DNA of 35,689 nt from an uncultured Nitrospirota bacterium (GCA_964420895.1 CAYQVN010000001.1:1-35689); one strand, 5' to 3'; counted from the stretch's first letter, positions 7,888 to 17,300 are shown. The notes: generated by a model from the sequence alone, not told the origin. Translations and numbers: made by a program.

Positions 7888-8628
7888 ATGGCGGAATACA
7901 TCTTCGGGATCCATCCTGTGGAGGAACTCCTTGCCTCACCGGACCGGGCCATCGAAGAGGTCTGGATCCAAAAGGGGACGAAAAATCCTAAGATCCGAAG
8001 GATTGTGGAGACGGCAAAGCATCTCTCCCTGAAACTCCACTATGAGGAGCGAAGTCGCCTTGATCGTCTCCTTCCGGAGGGTCGACACCAGGGCGTCGTC
8101 GTTCGTTGCAGTGAAAAAGCGATACTCAGCCTGGATGAACTCCTCAAAATACCGGACCGGAAAGGGGAGGATCCTTTTTTCCTTCTCCTGGATCGTGTGG
8201 AAGACCCCGGCAATCTTGGGGCCGTGGCCCGAACGGCTGTTGCGGCCGGCGTCCATGGTCTGATCCTGCCGAAAAAAGGAGCGGCTCCATTGAGCGGGGT
8301 GGCCCTGAAACGGTCGGCCGGTGCCTTGGAACGACTCCCCGTGGCCCGGGTGACCAACGTGGTGAGGACGATTGAAATCCTTAAGAAAAAGGGAGTTTGG
8401 GTGATAGGAACTGGTGCATCCGGGCGGGAGTGTTACAGCGATATCGATCTTGGCGGTCCCGTGGCCCTGGTGATCGGCGGCGAGAGGGGGGTGCGCAGAC
8501 TGGTCCTGGATTCCTGTGACCGGGTGGTCTCCATTCCCATGGAGCCGGGGGTGGAATCGCTGAATCTTTCCGTGGCGGCTGGCTTGATGCTTTATGAAGT
8601 CCGCCGGAACCGGCAAGAAAAAAAATGA
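7888..8628 (+). CDS. rlmB: SpoU/TrmH-family rRNA 2'-O-methyltransferase, RlmB-like
   Basis: The N-terminus (IFGIHPVEELL) resembles the substrate-binding domain. The C-terminal SPOUT motifs are DRVEDPGNLGAVARTA, LVIGGERGVR and ESLNLSVAAG. The ATG directly abuts the cysS stop (TAAATG). cysS-rlmB linkage is common. Confidence 0.85.
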   Translation: MAEYIFGIHPVEELLASPDRAIEEVWIQKGTKNPKIRRIVETAKHLSLKLHYEERSRLDRLLPEGRHQGVVVRCSEKAILSLDELLKIPDRKGEDPFFLLLDRVEDPGNLGAVARTAVAAGVHGLILPKKGAAPLSGVALKRSAGALERLPVARVTNVVRTIEILKKKGVWVIGTGASGRECYSDIDLGGPVALVIGGERGVRRLVLDSCDRVVSIPMEPGVESLNLSVAAGLMLYEVRRNRQEKK

Positions 8629-8647
8629 ACATCCCGCTATTTTTTCC

Positions 8648-8676
8648 TTGAAATCAATTTTGAATTAGTCTATTTT
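8648..8676 (+). promoter_or_regulatory. candidate sigma70 promoter of the tRNA-tuf operon
   Basis: TTGAAA (8648..8653), a 17-nt spacer, then TATTTT (8671..8676), in an AT-rich stretch about 90 nt upstream of tRNA-Thr. Confidence 0.4.
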
Positions 8677-8763
8677 ACCAATTTACTTTGAGAAATTGCC
8701 TCTGAGGGAGGCATGTTTTCAAGGTGTGGAGCCATGCTCACTGCAAGGTCATGCGTATCGATT

Positions 8764-8840
8764 GCCGATGTAGCTCAACCCGGTAGAGCAACTGATTTGT
8801 AATCAGTAGGTTGTCGGTTCAATTCCGGCCATCGGCTCCA
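8764..8840 (+). tRNA. tRNA-Thr (anticodon UGU), CCA encoded
   Basis: I folded the cloverleaf by hand. The acceptor is GCCGATG/CATCGGC, the anticodon stem is ACTGA/TCAGT, the loop is TTTGTAA and the T-loop is TTCAATT. Length is 77 nt. Confidence 0.9.
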
Positions 8841-8986
8841 GACAATACAGTAACTGGAAGCTGGAAAATAGAAATTAGAAACCGCTGAGGCGGGACATTC
8901 GTCCGATGAATGTGGAGAAGCAGATTCGCAGGCAAGAGAAGGTTCTACTATTTTCTAATTCCTGATTACCAATTTCTAATATAGTT

Positions 8987-9071
8987 GGGGAGGTTCCCGA
9001 GCGGCCAAAGGGAACAGACTGTAAATCTGTCGGCGAAGCCTACGGAGGTTCGAATCCTCCCCTCCCCACCA
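8987..9071 (+). tRNA. tRNA-Tyr (anticodon GUA), long variable arm, CCA encoded
   Basis: The acceptor is GGGGAGG/CCTCCCC, the anticodon loop is CTGTAAA and the T arm is GGAGG-TTCGAAT-CCTCC. Length is 85 nt, with a class II variable arm. Confidence 0.9.
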
Positions 9072-9072
9072 T

Positions 9073-9123
9073 AATGAATCATTAAAACAGCTCAAGGTTT
9101 TTGAGCTGTTTTAATGATTCATT
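9073..9123 (+). repeat. perfect 23-bp inverted repeat (hairpin, 5-nt loop) filling the tRNA-Tyr/tRNA-Gly spacer
   Basis: AATGAATCATTAAAACAGCTCAA (9073..9095), loop GGTTT, TTGAGCTGTTTTAATGATTCATT (9101..9123). The complementarity is exact. The right arm abuts the first base of tRNA-Gly. Confidence 0.9.
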
Positions 9124-9200
9124 GCGGGAGTAGCTCAGTTGGCTAGAGCGTCAGCCTTCCAAGCTGAGGGTCGCGGGTTCGAATCCCGTCTCCCGCTCCA
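9124..9200 (+). tRNA. tRNA-Gly (anticodon UCC), CCA encoded
   Basis: The acceptor is GCGGGAG/CTCCCGC, the anticodon stem is TCAGC/GCTGA, the loop is CTTCCAA and the T arm is GCGGG-TTCGAAT-CCCGT. Length is 77 nt. Confidence 0.9.
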
Positions 9201-9250
9201 AATTACCGATGAAACGGTTTATCGGACATAAACCGTTTCATCGGTAATTT
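9200..9250 (+). repeat. perfect 22-23-bp inverted repeat (hairpin, 5-nt loop) filling the tRNA-Gly/tRNA-Thr spacer
   Basis: AAATTACCGATGAAACGGTTTAT (9200..9222, whose first A is the CCA end of tRNA-Gly), loop CGGAC, ATAAACCGTTTCATCGGTAATTT (9228..9250). The complementarity is exact. Confidence 0.9.
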
Positions 9251-9251
9251 G

Positions 9252-9328
9252 GCCCACGTAGCTCAGTCGGTAGAGCGCATCCTTGGTAAGGATGAGGTTC
9301 ACCGGTTCGATCCCGGTCGTGGGCTCCA
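9252..9328 (+). tRNA. tRNA-Thr (anticodon GGU), CCA encoded
   Basis: The acceptor is GCCCACG/CGTGGGC, the anticodon stem is CATCC/GGATG, the loop is TTGGTAA and the T-loop is TTCGATC. Length is 77 nt. Confidence 0.9.
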
Positions 9329-9355
9329 TAACCATTAAGATCGTTCAAGCCGTTT

Positions 9356-10595
9356 AAACGGTTTAAACATTGATTGATATAAGGAGGAAGACCGATGGCA
9401 AAGGCAAAATACGAGCGGACAAAGCCCCACGTCAATATCGGGACGATCGGGCATGTGGATCACGGCAAGACAACCTTGACGGCAGCGATCACCCGTGTTC
9501 TGGCACACCAGGGTATGGCGGAGTTCAAGGCCTTTGACCAGATCGACAACGCCCCGGAAGAGCGGGAACGTGGGATCACCATCGCCACGGCGCACGTGGA
9601 ATACGAGAGCGCAACCCGCCACTACGCCCACGTCGATTGCCCGGGCCATGCCGACTACGTCAAGAACATGATTACCGGGGCCGCTCAGATGGATGGGGCG
9701 ATTCTCGTTGTCTCGGCCGCCGACGGACCGATGCCGCAGACCCGGGAACATATTCTGTTGGCCCGCCAGGTCGGCGTCCCGTACATCGTAGTCTTTCTGA
9801 ACAAGGCGGACATGGTGGACGACAAGGAACTCCTGGAACTGGTGGAACTGGAAGTTCGTGAGCTGTTGAGCAGCTACGACTTTCCCGGTGACGATATTCC
9901 GATCGTAACGGGCTCCGCCCTTCAGGCGCTGGAATGCGGCTGCGGGAAAGAGGAGTGCGAGAAATGCAAGGCGATCCTCGATCTGGTCGGCGAAGTGGAC
10001 AACTACATTCCGGAACCGCAGCGTGAAATCGACAAGCCCTTCCTGATGCCGGTAGAAGATGTATTCTCCATCTCCGGTCGCGGGACCGTGGTGACGGGCC
10101 GTGTGGAGCGTGGGGTGATCAAAGTCGGCGAAGAAGTGGAAATCGTCGGAGTCCATGACACGGTCAAGACCGTCGCCACAGGCGTAGAGATGTTCCGGAA
10201 ACTTCTCGATCAGGGACAGGCGGGCGACAACATCGGCGTTCTGCTCCGGGGCACGAAGAAAGAAGATGTCGAGCGTGGTCAGGTCCTGGCGAAGCCGGGG
10301 AGCATCACGCCCCATACGAAGTTCAAAGCCGAGGCCTACATCCTGACGAAAGAGGAAGGGGGTCGTCATACGCCGTTCTTCAAGGGATACCGTCCGCAGT
10401 TTTATTTCCGGACGACGGACGTAACAGGCGTCGTGACCCTTCCGGAAGGGGTGGAGATGGTCATGCCGGGCGACAACATCGCCGTGGCCGTGGAACTGAT
10501 CACACCGATCGCGATGGAGAAAGAGCTTCGCTTCGCCATCCGCGAAGGCGGCCGGACCGTCGGCGCCGGGGTCATCAGCGAGATTATCGAATAAC
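9356..10595 (+). repeat. 1240-bp direct repeat, copy 1 (tuf plus 39-nt leader), identical to 25688..26927
   Basis: All three informative reading frames give identical translations in both copies: the tuf frame, the 74-aa + frame ORFs, and the long minus-strand shadow ORFs. Direct reading of the leader and 3' end agrees. Identity breaks at 9355/25687 and at 10596/26928. Confidence 0.9.
9395..10594 (+). CDS. tuf: elongation factor Tu, copy 1 (tufB-like context, downstream of the tRNA cluster)
   Basis: Begins [33 protein letters not shown] and carries the G-domain motifs DCPGH and NKAD. A strong AAGGAGG Shine-Dalgarno lies upstream. The Thr-Tyr-Gly-Thr-tuf arrangement is the same as in the E. 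coli thrU-tufB operon. Confidence 0.97.
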   Translation: MAKAKYERTKPHVNIGTIGHVDHGKTTLTAAITRVLAHQGMAEFKAFDQIDNAPEERERGITIATAHVEYESATRHYAHVDCPGHADYVKNMITGAAQMDGAILVVSAADGPMPQTREHILLARQVGVPYIVVFLNKADMVDDKELLELVELEVRELLSSYDFPGDDIPIVTGSALQALECGCGKEECEKCKAILDLVGEVDNYIPEPQREIDKPFLMPVEDVFSISGRGTVVTGRVERGVIKVGEEVEIVGVHDTVKTVATGVEMFRKLLDQGQAGDNIGVLLRGTKKEDVERGQVLAKPGSITPHTKFKAEAYILTKEEGGRHTPFFKGYRPQFYFRTTDVTGVVTLPEGVEMVMPGDNIAVAVELITPIAMEKELRFAIREGGRTVGAGVISEIIE

Positions 10596-10685
10596 AGTGT
10601 GATGGCTGTGTCACAGGTCCATCTGAAGGCATTTCGAGAGGTCCTCCCCGGTGGGGAGGGCGACGGGAAGAACTGAGGGAATTGC

Positions 10686-10838
10686 ATGCGAGATATCATT
10701 AGTCTGGTTTGCACGGAGTGCAAACAGCGGAATTACACAACGACGAAGAACAAGAAGAACACGCCTCAGAAGCTGGAGTTCAAGAAGTATTGCCGTTTCT
10801 GTAGGAGTCATACCCTGCACAAGGAAGGCAAGAAGTAG
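10686..10838 (+). CDS. rpmG: 50S ribosomal protein L33 (50 aa, zinc-ribbon form); absent from the ORF track because it is under 60 aa
   Basis: My own translation is [50 protein letters not shown]. It has CxxC...CxxC and the conserved YTT.KN motif. A GAGGGA Shine-Dalgarno lies 6 nt upstream. The position between tuf and tRNA-Trp/secE is canonical. Confidence 0.9.
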   Translation: MRDIISLVCTECKQRNYTTTKNKKNTPQKLEFKKYCRFCRSHTLHKEGKK

Positions 10839-10864
10839 CGCAGCTGGAAGGGCGTTGATCCGGA

Positions 10865-10941
10865 AGGCCAGTAGCTCTAACGGCTAGAGCACCGGATTCC
10901 AAATCCGGGTGTTGGGGGTTCGAATCCCTCCTGGCCTGCCA
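10865..10941 (+). tRNA. tRNA-Trp (anticodon CCA), CCA end encoded
   Basis: The acceptor is AGGCCAG/CTGGCCT, the anticodon stem is CCGGA/TCCGG, the loop is TTCCAAA and the T-loop is TTCGAAT. Length is 77 nt. Confidence 0.9.
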
Positions 10942-10952
10942 GTAGCCGATGC

Positions 10953-10978
10953 GAGAGTCATGAGGACTCTCCCTTTTT
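10953..10978 (+). terminator. candidate intrinsic terminator/attenuator after tRNA-Trp
   Basis: GAGAGTC-atgag-GACTCTC (7-bp stem) followed by CCTTTTTCC. The stem is short, so this may only be a partial terminator ahead of secE. Confidence 0.35.
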
Positions 10979-10995
10979 CCCATAGAGGGTGATCC

Positions 10996-11181
10996 GTGAT
11001 TGGAAATATCCGAGCATTCCTTGATGACGTCAAGATCGAGATGAAGAAGGTGACCTGGCCGACGATGATGCAGACGAAGGGGTCGACGGTGGTGGTGATC
11101 CTGACGGTCATTGCGATCGGTATCTATTTTGGTGTGATCGATTTCTTTTTATCCAAGTTGATTCATCTCTTTCTCGGGTAA
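10996..11181 (+). CDS. secE: preprotein translocase subunit SecE (61 aa, single TM)
   Basis: GTG start with an AGAGGG Shine-Dalgarno. Has the conserved E.KKV.WP motif (IEMKKVTWPT) followed by one TM helix. It lies directly upstream of nusG. Confidence 0.88.
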   Translation: MIGNIRAFLDDVKIEMKKVTWPTMMQTKGSTVVVILTVIAIGIYFGVIDFFLSKLIHLFLG

Positions 11182-11207
11182 TGAGCGCACCATACATTGG
11201 AGTATTC

Positions 11208-11741
11208 ATGGAAAATCAATGGTATGTCGTGCATACCTATTCAGGATTTGAGGGGAAAGTCAAGGAGCATATCCTCAAGAAGGTGGAGTCCCTGGGGTTG
11301 GAAGAGAAGATCTCCGAAGTGATCATCCCCACGGAAGAGGTGACGGAGCTTCGGGACGGCAAGAGGCGCAAGTCTTCGAGGAAATTCTTCCCCGGTTATA
11401 TCCTGGTCAAGATGACCGTGACCGATGATACCTGGCATCTGATCAACGGGACGCCCAAGGTGACCGGTTTTCTCGGCGGGACCAAGAACCCCACGCCCCT
11501 CAAAGAAGAAGAAATGCAGGAGGTCCTGCATCAGATGGATACGGGGACGGTACGGGCGGCTGCAAAGAGCTCCTTTGAGGAAGGGGAGACGGTGCGGATT
11601 ATTGACGGTCCTTTTGTGAATTTCAACGGAACGGTGGAGGAGGTCCACCCCGATCAGGGAAGGCTGCGGGTCATGGTCAGCATCTTCGGTCGTGCCACGC
11701 CTGTGGAACTGGAGTTTTTGCAGGTAGAGAAGGAGAAATAA
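11208..11741 (+). CDS. nusG: transcription termination/antitermination factor NusG
   Basis: Begins [18 protein letters not shown], with NGN and KOW domains ([11 protein letters not shown]). GGAG lies 5 nt upstream of the ATG at 11208. The alternative start at 11181 (TAATG overlap with secE) would add 9 aa and cannot be excluded. Confidence 0.9.
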   Translation: MENQWYVVHTYSGFEGKVKEHILKKVESLGLEEKISEVIIPTEEVTELRDGKRRKSSRKFFPGYILVKMTVTDDTWHLINGTPKVTGFLGGTKNPTPLKEEEMQEVLHQMDTGTVRAAAKSSFEEGETVRIIDGPFVNFNGTVEEVHPDQGRLRVMVSIFGRATPVELEFLQVEKEK

Positions 11742-11745
11742 GGCA

Positions 11746-12168
11746 ATGGCAAAGGAAGTTATTGGAAAGATCAAGTTACAGGTTCCGGCCGGAGCGGCCA
11801 ACCCCTCCCCGCCTGTCGGCCCCGCCTTGGGGCAGCACGGGGTCAACATCATGGAGTTCTGCAAGGCCTTCAACGCCAAGACGCAGGATCAGCCGGGAAT
11901 GATTATCCCGGTGGAGATCTCCGTCTATGCCGACCGGACCTTTTCGTTCATTACCAAGACACCTCCGGCGGCAGTGCTGTTGAAGAAGGCCGCCGGGATT
12001 GAGAAAGGTTCGGGAGAACCCCATTTGAACAAGGTAGCCAAAGTCAGTCGTGATGAGATCCGGAAGATTGCCGAGTTGAAGATGCCCGATCTGAATGCCA
12101 ACGACATTGAAGGGGCGATGCGGATCATTGAAGGAACCGCCCGAAACATGGGCATTGAGGTGGGATAG
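11746..12168 (+). CDS. rplK: 50S ribosomal protein L11
   Basis: Contains [34 protein letters not shown]. Canonical sequence and position. Confidence 0.97.
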   Translation: MAKEVIGKIKLQVPAGAANPSPPVGPALGQHGVNIMEFCKAFNAKTQDQPGMIIPVEISVYADRTFSFITKTPPAAVLLKKAAGIEKGSGEPHLNKVAKVSRDEIRKIAELKMPDLNANDIEGAMRIIEGTARNMGIEVG

Positions 12169-12179
12169 GAGCGTACGAG

Positions 12180-12884
12180 ATGAGCAAACGAGGTAAAAAA
12201 TTTGGTGCGGCCCAGGAAAAAGTGGAAAAGGGGAAGCTCTATCCCTTAAAGGAGGCTTTTGAACTCGTTCGGGAGACGAAGCGGGCTGCATATGACGAGA
12301 GTATCGATATCGCCGTGCGGTTAGGGGTCAACCCGAAGTATTCCGATCAGATGGTCCGGGGGGCCGTGGCGCTGCCGCACGGGACGGGAAAGACGACACG
12401 GGTCCTCGTGTTTGCCAAGGGGGAAAAGGAAAAAGAAGCGAGCGATGCTGGCGCGGATTACGTTGGCGCGGAGGATCTGGCGGCCAAGATCAAGGGAGGA
12501 TGGCTCGAATTCGACCGCATCATCGCCACACCGGACATGATGGGCGTCGTCGGCCCTCTCGGGAGGATCCTTGGCCCCCGCGGGTTGATGCCGAACCCGA
12601 AACTCGGCACGGTTACCTTCGACCTGGAACGGACGATCCAGGAGATCAAGGCCGGAAAGATTGAATTCCGGACGGAAAAGGCCGGAATTGTTCATGCCGC
12701 CATCGGCAAGGCCTCTTTTGATGCTGAAAAACTCTATGAAAATGCGGCGGCATTTTTCGAGGTTCTCTACAAACTGAAACCATCGAGCGCCAAGGGGCAG
12801 TATATGAAGGGTGCAGTCATTTCCACCACCATGGGTCCCGGAATCAAGCTCGATACCATTGATATTGCAAATTCCTTCAGTTGA
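12180..12884 (+). CDS. rplA: 50S ribosomal protein L1
   Basis: Contains [16 protein letters not shown]-like and GTVTFD motifs, at 234 aa. Canonical position after rplK. Confidence 0.97.
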   Translation: MSKRGKKFGAAQEKVEKGKLYPLKEAFELVRETKRAAYDESIDIAVRLGVNPKYSDQMVRGAVALPHGTGKTTRVLVFAKGEKEKEASDAGADYVGAEDLAAKIKGGWLEFDRIIATPDMMGVVGPLGRILGPRGLMPNPKLGTVTFDLERTIQEIKAGKIEFRTEKAGIVHAAIGKASFDAEKLYENAAAFFEVLYKLKPSSAKGQYMKGAVISTTMGPGIKLDTIDIANSFS

Positions 12885-13090
12885 TCGACGGAAGGAATGT
12901 ATGGATGACACTGTCAGAGACAGCGGGTGGTACCCCTGGGTACCTTAATGGAGTCATCCGGCCTGCCGAGGCAGACAGACAAAATTTCGCAAATCCGCGA
13001 AATCCGATTCTGTCCTCTGACTGATGCACAGGGTATACACCGTATCGTCGGTTGGCCTGTGAACAGATGAGAGGAAAGGAGGAAAAATCA
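12885..13090 (+). promoter_or_regulatory. structured rplJ (L10) leader, candidate L10(L12)4 autoregulatory element
   Basis: A 206-nt untranslated gap with several stems: GGATGAC...GTCATCC, GGTACCC/GGGTACC, CTGCC/GGCAG and TTTCGC-aaatcc-GCGAAA. A long structured leader before rplJ is the known regulatory arrangement. I cannot score a covariance model by eye. Confidence 0.4.
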
Positions 13091-13609
13091 TTGAATCGGA
13101 CAGAAAAAGAAGAAGTCATAACCAAGGTTCGGGAAAAGTTTTCAGAAGCCAAGATCGGTGTGCTCACGGGCTATCGCGGCATGACCGTCGCTGAGATGAC
13201 CGATCTGCGGAAAAGGCTCCGGGAAGCCTCGGTGGAGTACCGGGTCATCAAGAATAACCTGGCCAAGATTGCGTCCGAAGGAACCCCCGTGGAACCGCTC
13301 CGGGAGCATTTCACGGGACCGACGGCGATTGCCTTGAGCTTCGATGACGTGGTAGCACCGGCGAAGATCCTGAATAATGCCACCAAGGATTTCAAAAAGC
13401 TTGAGATCCTGGCGGGAAGCATGGACGGCAACCTGCTGAACAAGGATGAGATTGTCCGGATCGCGTCGATGCCGTCGCGTGATGAATTGCTCGGCATGTT
13501 CCTGCGCGTCATGCAGGCTCCGGTGACCGGTTTTGCCACGGTCCTGTCGGCCCCGTTGCGGGATCTGATGGGTGTGCTGAATGCGGTGAAAGATCAAAAA
13601 GCAGCTTGA
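13091..13609 (+). CDS. rplJ: 50S ribosomal protein L10
   Basis: I call a TTG start at 13091, preceded by AAGGAGG with 8-nt spacing. This gives (M)NRTEKEEVITKVREKF, the canonical L10 N-terminus, and about 172 aa. The ORF-track start at 13052 and the ATG at 13067 lack a Shine-Dalgarno. Confidence 0.88.
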   Translation: MNRTEKEEVITKVREKFSEAKIGVLTGYRGMTVAEMTDLRKRLREASVEYRVIKNNLAKIASEGTPVEPLREHFTGPTAIALSFDDVVAPAKILNNATKDFKKLEILAGSMDGNLLNKDEIVRIASMPSRDELLGMFLRVMQAPVTGFATVLSAPLRDLMGVLNAVKDQKAA

Positions 13610-13726
13610 TTCCAGCGGCTGCGTAAAAAGTCCCTCGACGATTCTGAGGGTGTTGATGAATTTTTTGAATGCTATTTCTTTCCGCCTGCAACCTGTTGGC
13701 GGAAGAAGATTTTGGAGGATATGATC

Positions 13727-14107
13727 ATGGCTGTAAGCAAAGAAGATGTGATGGGTTTTATTGAGAGTGCAACAATGCTGGAGATTTCCGATCTGGTCAA
13801 AGAGATCGAAGAAAAATTCGGTGTTTCCGCCGCCGCTCCGGTGGCCGTGGCAGCCGTCGGGGGCGCTGCGGCCGGTGCGGAAGCCGCGGAAGAGAAGACC
13901 GCTTTTGATGTCATCCTGGCGAGCTTCGGCGAGAAGAAAATCCAGGTCATCAAGGAGGTCCGCGCCATTACCGGTCTCGGTCTGAAAGAGGCCAAGGACC
14001 TGGTCGAAGGGGCGCCCAAGGCGGTCAAGGAAGGTGTTGCCAAGGAAGAGGCCGACGAGCTGAAGGAAAAACTGGAAGCCGTCGGCGCAACCGTGGAAAT
14101 CAAGTAA
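13727..14107 (+). CDS. rplL: 50S ribosomal protein L7/L12
   Basis: Begins [39 protein letters not shown], followed by an Ala/Gly hinge and then the C-terminal domain. GGAGG lies 8 nt upstream of the ATG at 13727. The ORF-track start at 13712 falls on top of the Shine-Dalgarno. Confidence 0.93.
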   Translation: MAVSKEDVMGFIESATMLEISDLVKEIEEKFGVSAAAPVAVAAVGGAAAGAEAAEEKTAFDVILASFGEKKIQVIKEVRAITGLGLKEAKDLVEGAPKAVKEGVAKEEADELKEKLEAVGATVEIK

Positions 14108-14117
14108 CCACTCTTAA

Positions 14118-14153
14118 CCGGCGAGGCGGCCCTTGCCGCTTCGCCGGTTTTTT
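14118..14153 (+). terminator. intrinsic terminator/attenuator between rplL and rpoB
   Basis: CCGGCGAGGCGGC-cctt-GCCGCTTCGCCGG is a 13-bp stem with one G-U pair. It is followed by TTTTTT. A partial terminator at this position is known from the E. coli rplJL-rpoBC operon. Confidence 0.75.
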
Positions 14154-14342
14154 ACTTCACACCCTTTCAAACGATCTACAGGTCTGAGATGTTCGGTGGT
14201 TTAAAACGGAACAACAGGCTTCCCGCAGCAGAGGACACAGCGATTATACCGTCGATCCATTACTTCCAGGAAAGATTGCGCAGCGATTCAACAGGGACGT
14301 TGAAAAGATAGAATGTAACTTTCATAGATTAGGAGTCCCCCC

Positions 14343-17300
14343 ATGCCAAAGATAAGTAAACCGAGTCTTCGGGTCCGAAAGGATTTCTCCAAGATCCAGG
14401 CGGCCATGGATGTTCCCGACTTGATTGAGGTCCAGAAACGTTCCTACAGTCTCTTTCTTCAGGATCATCTCGCCTCGGACAAACGGGAGAGTAACGGTCT
14501 TCAAGCGGCCTTTGAAAGTGTCTTTCCGATTTCCGATTTCAATGAGACCCTCTCTCTGGAATTCGTTGATTACTCCCTGGGTGAGCCAAAATACGATATC
14601 ATGGAATGTCTCCAGCGCGGAACGAACTATGCGGCGCCCCTTCGGGTCCGGGTTCGCTTGATTGTCTACGACCTTCCCGAGGAGGGTGAGGGGACCAAAT
14701 CCGTTCGTGACATCAAGGAGCAGGAGGTCTATATGGGGGAGATCCCCCTGATGACGCCCAACGGCACCTTTGTCGTCAACGGAACGGAGCGGGTGATCGT
14801 GACCCAGTTGCACCGTTCGCCGGGGGCTTTTTTCAGCCATGATAAAGGCAAGGCCAGCGCACCGGAGAAGTATCTCTACACGGCACGGATTATTCCCTAT
14901 CGCGGCTCGTGGCTCGATTTTGAATTCGACGCGAAGGAACTCCTCTATGTCCGGATCGACCGGAGAAGAAAACTGCTGGCCACCATCCTGCTCAGGGCGC
15001 TGGAGTACAGTACGGAGGAGTTGCTGCGGATCTATTACAATGTGGAAAAATTCCAAGTCGGCGATAAACGGACCCTCGTGAAAGAGGTCAACGCGGACAC
15101 CTTGAAGGGGACGACCTCTACCTCCAACATCTATGCCCCGGGAACCCGGAAGGTTCTGGTGAAGGAAGGGCACAAGTTCACGAAGATCGCTCTGAAGCGG
15201 ATCATGGAGTCGGGACTGAAAGAAATCAAGGTGACTCCGGAAGAACTCGTCGGGCGGGTCGTTCTGGGTGACATTGTCGATCCTGAGACCGGCGAAGTCC
15301 TGGTGGAAGGAAACACGGAGCTGACGGAAGAAACGATAGAACTGATTCTGGAAAAGAAGGTCCGGGATTTCGAACTCCTTTTCGTGGACAACGTCCATGC
15401 CAGTTCAGCCCTGCGGGACACCCTGGCTCATGACAAGATTTCCACGCCTCAGGAGGCGATGATTGAGATCTACAAGCGGATGCGCCCCGGCGAGCCGCCG
15501 ACGCTGGAGACGGCCCGGGACCTCTTTCAAAATCTCTTTTTTAATCCCCGCCGCTACGATCTTTCCCCGGTGGGACGCCTGAAAATGAACCACAAACTCG
15601 GTTTTGACACCCCCATGACGACCCGGACATTGACCAAGGACGATATCATCGGGACGGTGAAATACCTGATCGACCTGAAAAACGGTGTCGTGCCTGTGGA
15701 TGACATCGATCATCTCGGGAATCGCCGGGTTCGCTCCGTGGGGGAACTACTGGAGAACCAGATCCGGATCGGCCTGGTCCGGATGGAACGGACGATCCGG
15801 GAAAGGATGAATCTCCAGGATTCCGAAACAGTCCTTCCCAAGACCCTGATCAATGCCAAACCGGTTTCGGCGGCCATCAAGGAATTCTTCGGAAGCAGTC
15901 AGCTTTCCCAGTTCATGGATCAGACGAACCCCCTTTCGGAGATTACACACAAACGGAGGCTTTCCGCTCTGGGGCCGGGAGGGTTGACCCGGGAGCGGGC
16001 AGGCTTTGCCGTCCGTGACGTCCATCCGACCCATTACGGCCGGATCTGTCCGATCGAGACGCCGGAAGGTCCGAACATCGGGCTGATTACCTCCCTTTCC
16101 ACCTATGCCCGGGTCAGCGATTATGGTTTTATTGAAGCGCCTTTTCGCAAGGTGGAGAAGGGGAAGGTCGTCGACCAGATCGATTTCCTGACGGCTCTGG
16201 AAGGGGAGCAATATGTGATTGCACAGGCCAACACCCCCATCGATAAGAAGGGCAAGATCTCCGTGGAACTGGTCTCGGCGCGATCCAAAGGTGATTTCCT
16301 CATGGTCCCGCCGGAACAGATCGACTATATGGATGTCTCCCCGAAACAGATGGTCAGTGTCGCGACTTCGCTGATTCCCTTCCTGGAGCATGATGACGCC
16401 AACCGTGCCCTCATGGGGTCCAACATGCAGCGTCAGGCTGTGCCGCTCCTCAAGACCGAAGCCCCTGTCGTCGGTACGGGGATGGAGGCGGTTGTTGCGC
16501 GGGATTCCGGTGCGGTCTCCATTGCCCGCCGGGCTGGGATGGTCGATTTCGTCGATGCCGAGAAGATCGTCGTCAAAACGGTGAAGGAAAAGAAGGGAAA
16601 AGAGGGTGTGGGGGCGAGCCGTCTCGATATCTACAACCTGTTGAAGTACAAACGTTCCAACCAGAATACCTGTATCAATCAAAAACCGATCGTCAAGAAG
16701 GGGGACCGTGTCGCCCAGGGACAGATTATCGCCGACGGTCCTGCCACCGAACAGGGGGAACTGGCACTCGGGCAGAATGCCCTTGTGGCCTTTATGCCCT
16801 GGCGGGGATACAACTACGAGGACGCGATCCTGATCAGTGAGAAGCTGGTTCGGGAAGATCGTTTTACTTCCATTCACATTGAAGAGTTTTCCATTGAAGC
16901 CCGGGATACGAAACTGGGGCAGGAGGATGTGACACAGGACATTCCCAATGTCAGCGAAGAAGCGCTGCGGAACCTCGATGAGAGTGGGATCATCTGTGTC
17001 GGGGCGGAGGTAAAACATGGGGATATCCTTGTCGGGAAGGTGACCCCCAAGGGAGAGACCCAGTTGACACCGGAAGAAAAACTGCTCCGGGCCATCTTTG
17101 GTGAGAAGGCCGGCGATGTCCGGGACGCATCCCTTAAGGTGCCGCCGGGCATTGAAGGGACGGTCGTCGATGTCAAGGTCTTTGTCCGCCGGGGAGTCGA
17201 AAAGGATGAACGGGCGCTCAGTATTGAGAACGAAGAGGTCGAACGGATCCGGAAGGATTATGAGGAAGAACTGCGGATCATTCAGGAAGAACACCTCTCC

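Noticed and set aside
10651-10887. 78-aa + strand ORF from the track
   Set aside because: It is in the wrong frame relative to the clear L33 gene (10686..10838) and runs into tRNA-Trp. Its Arg/Ser-rich composition marks it as junk.
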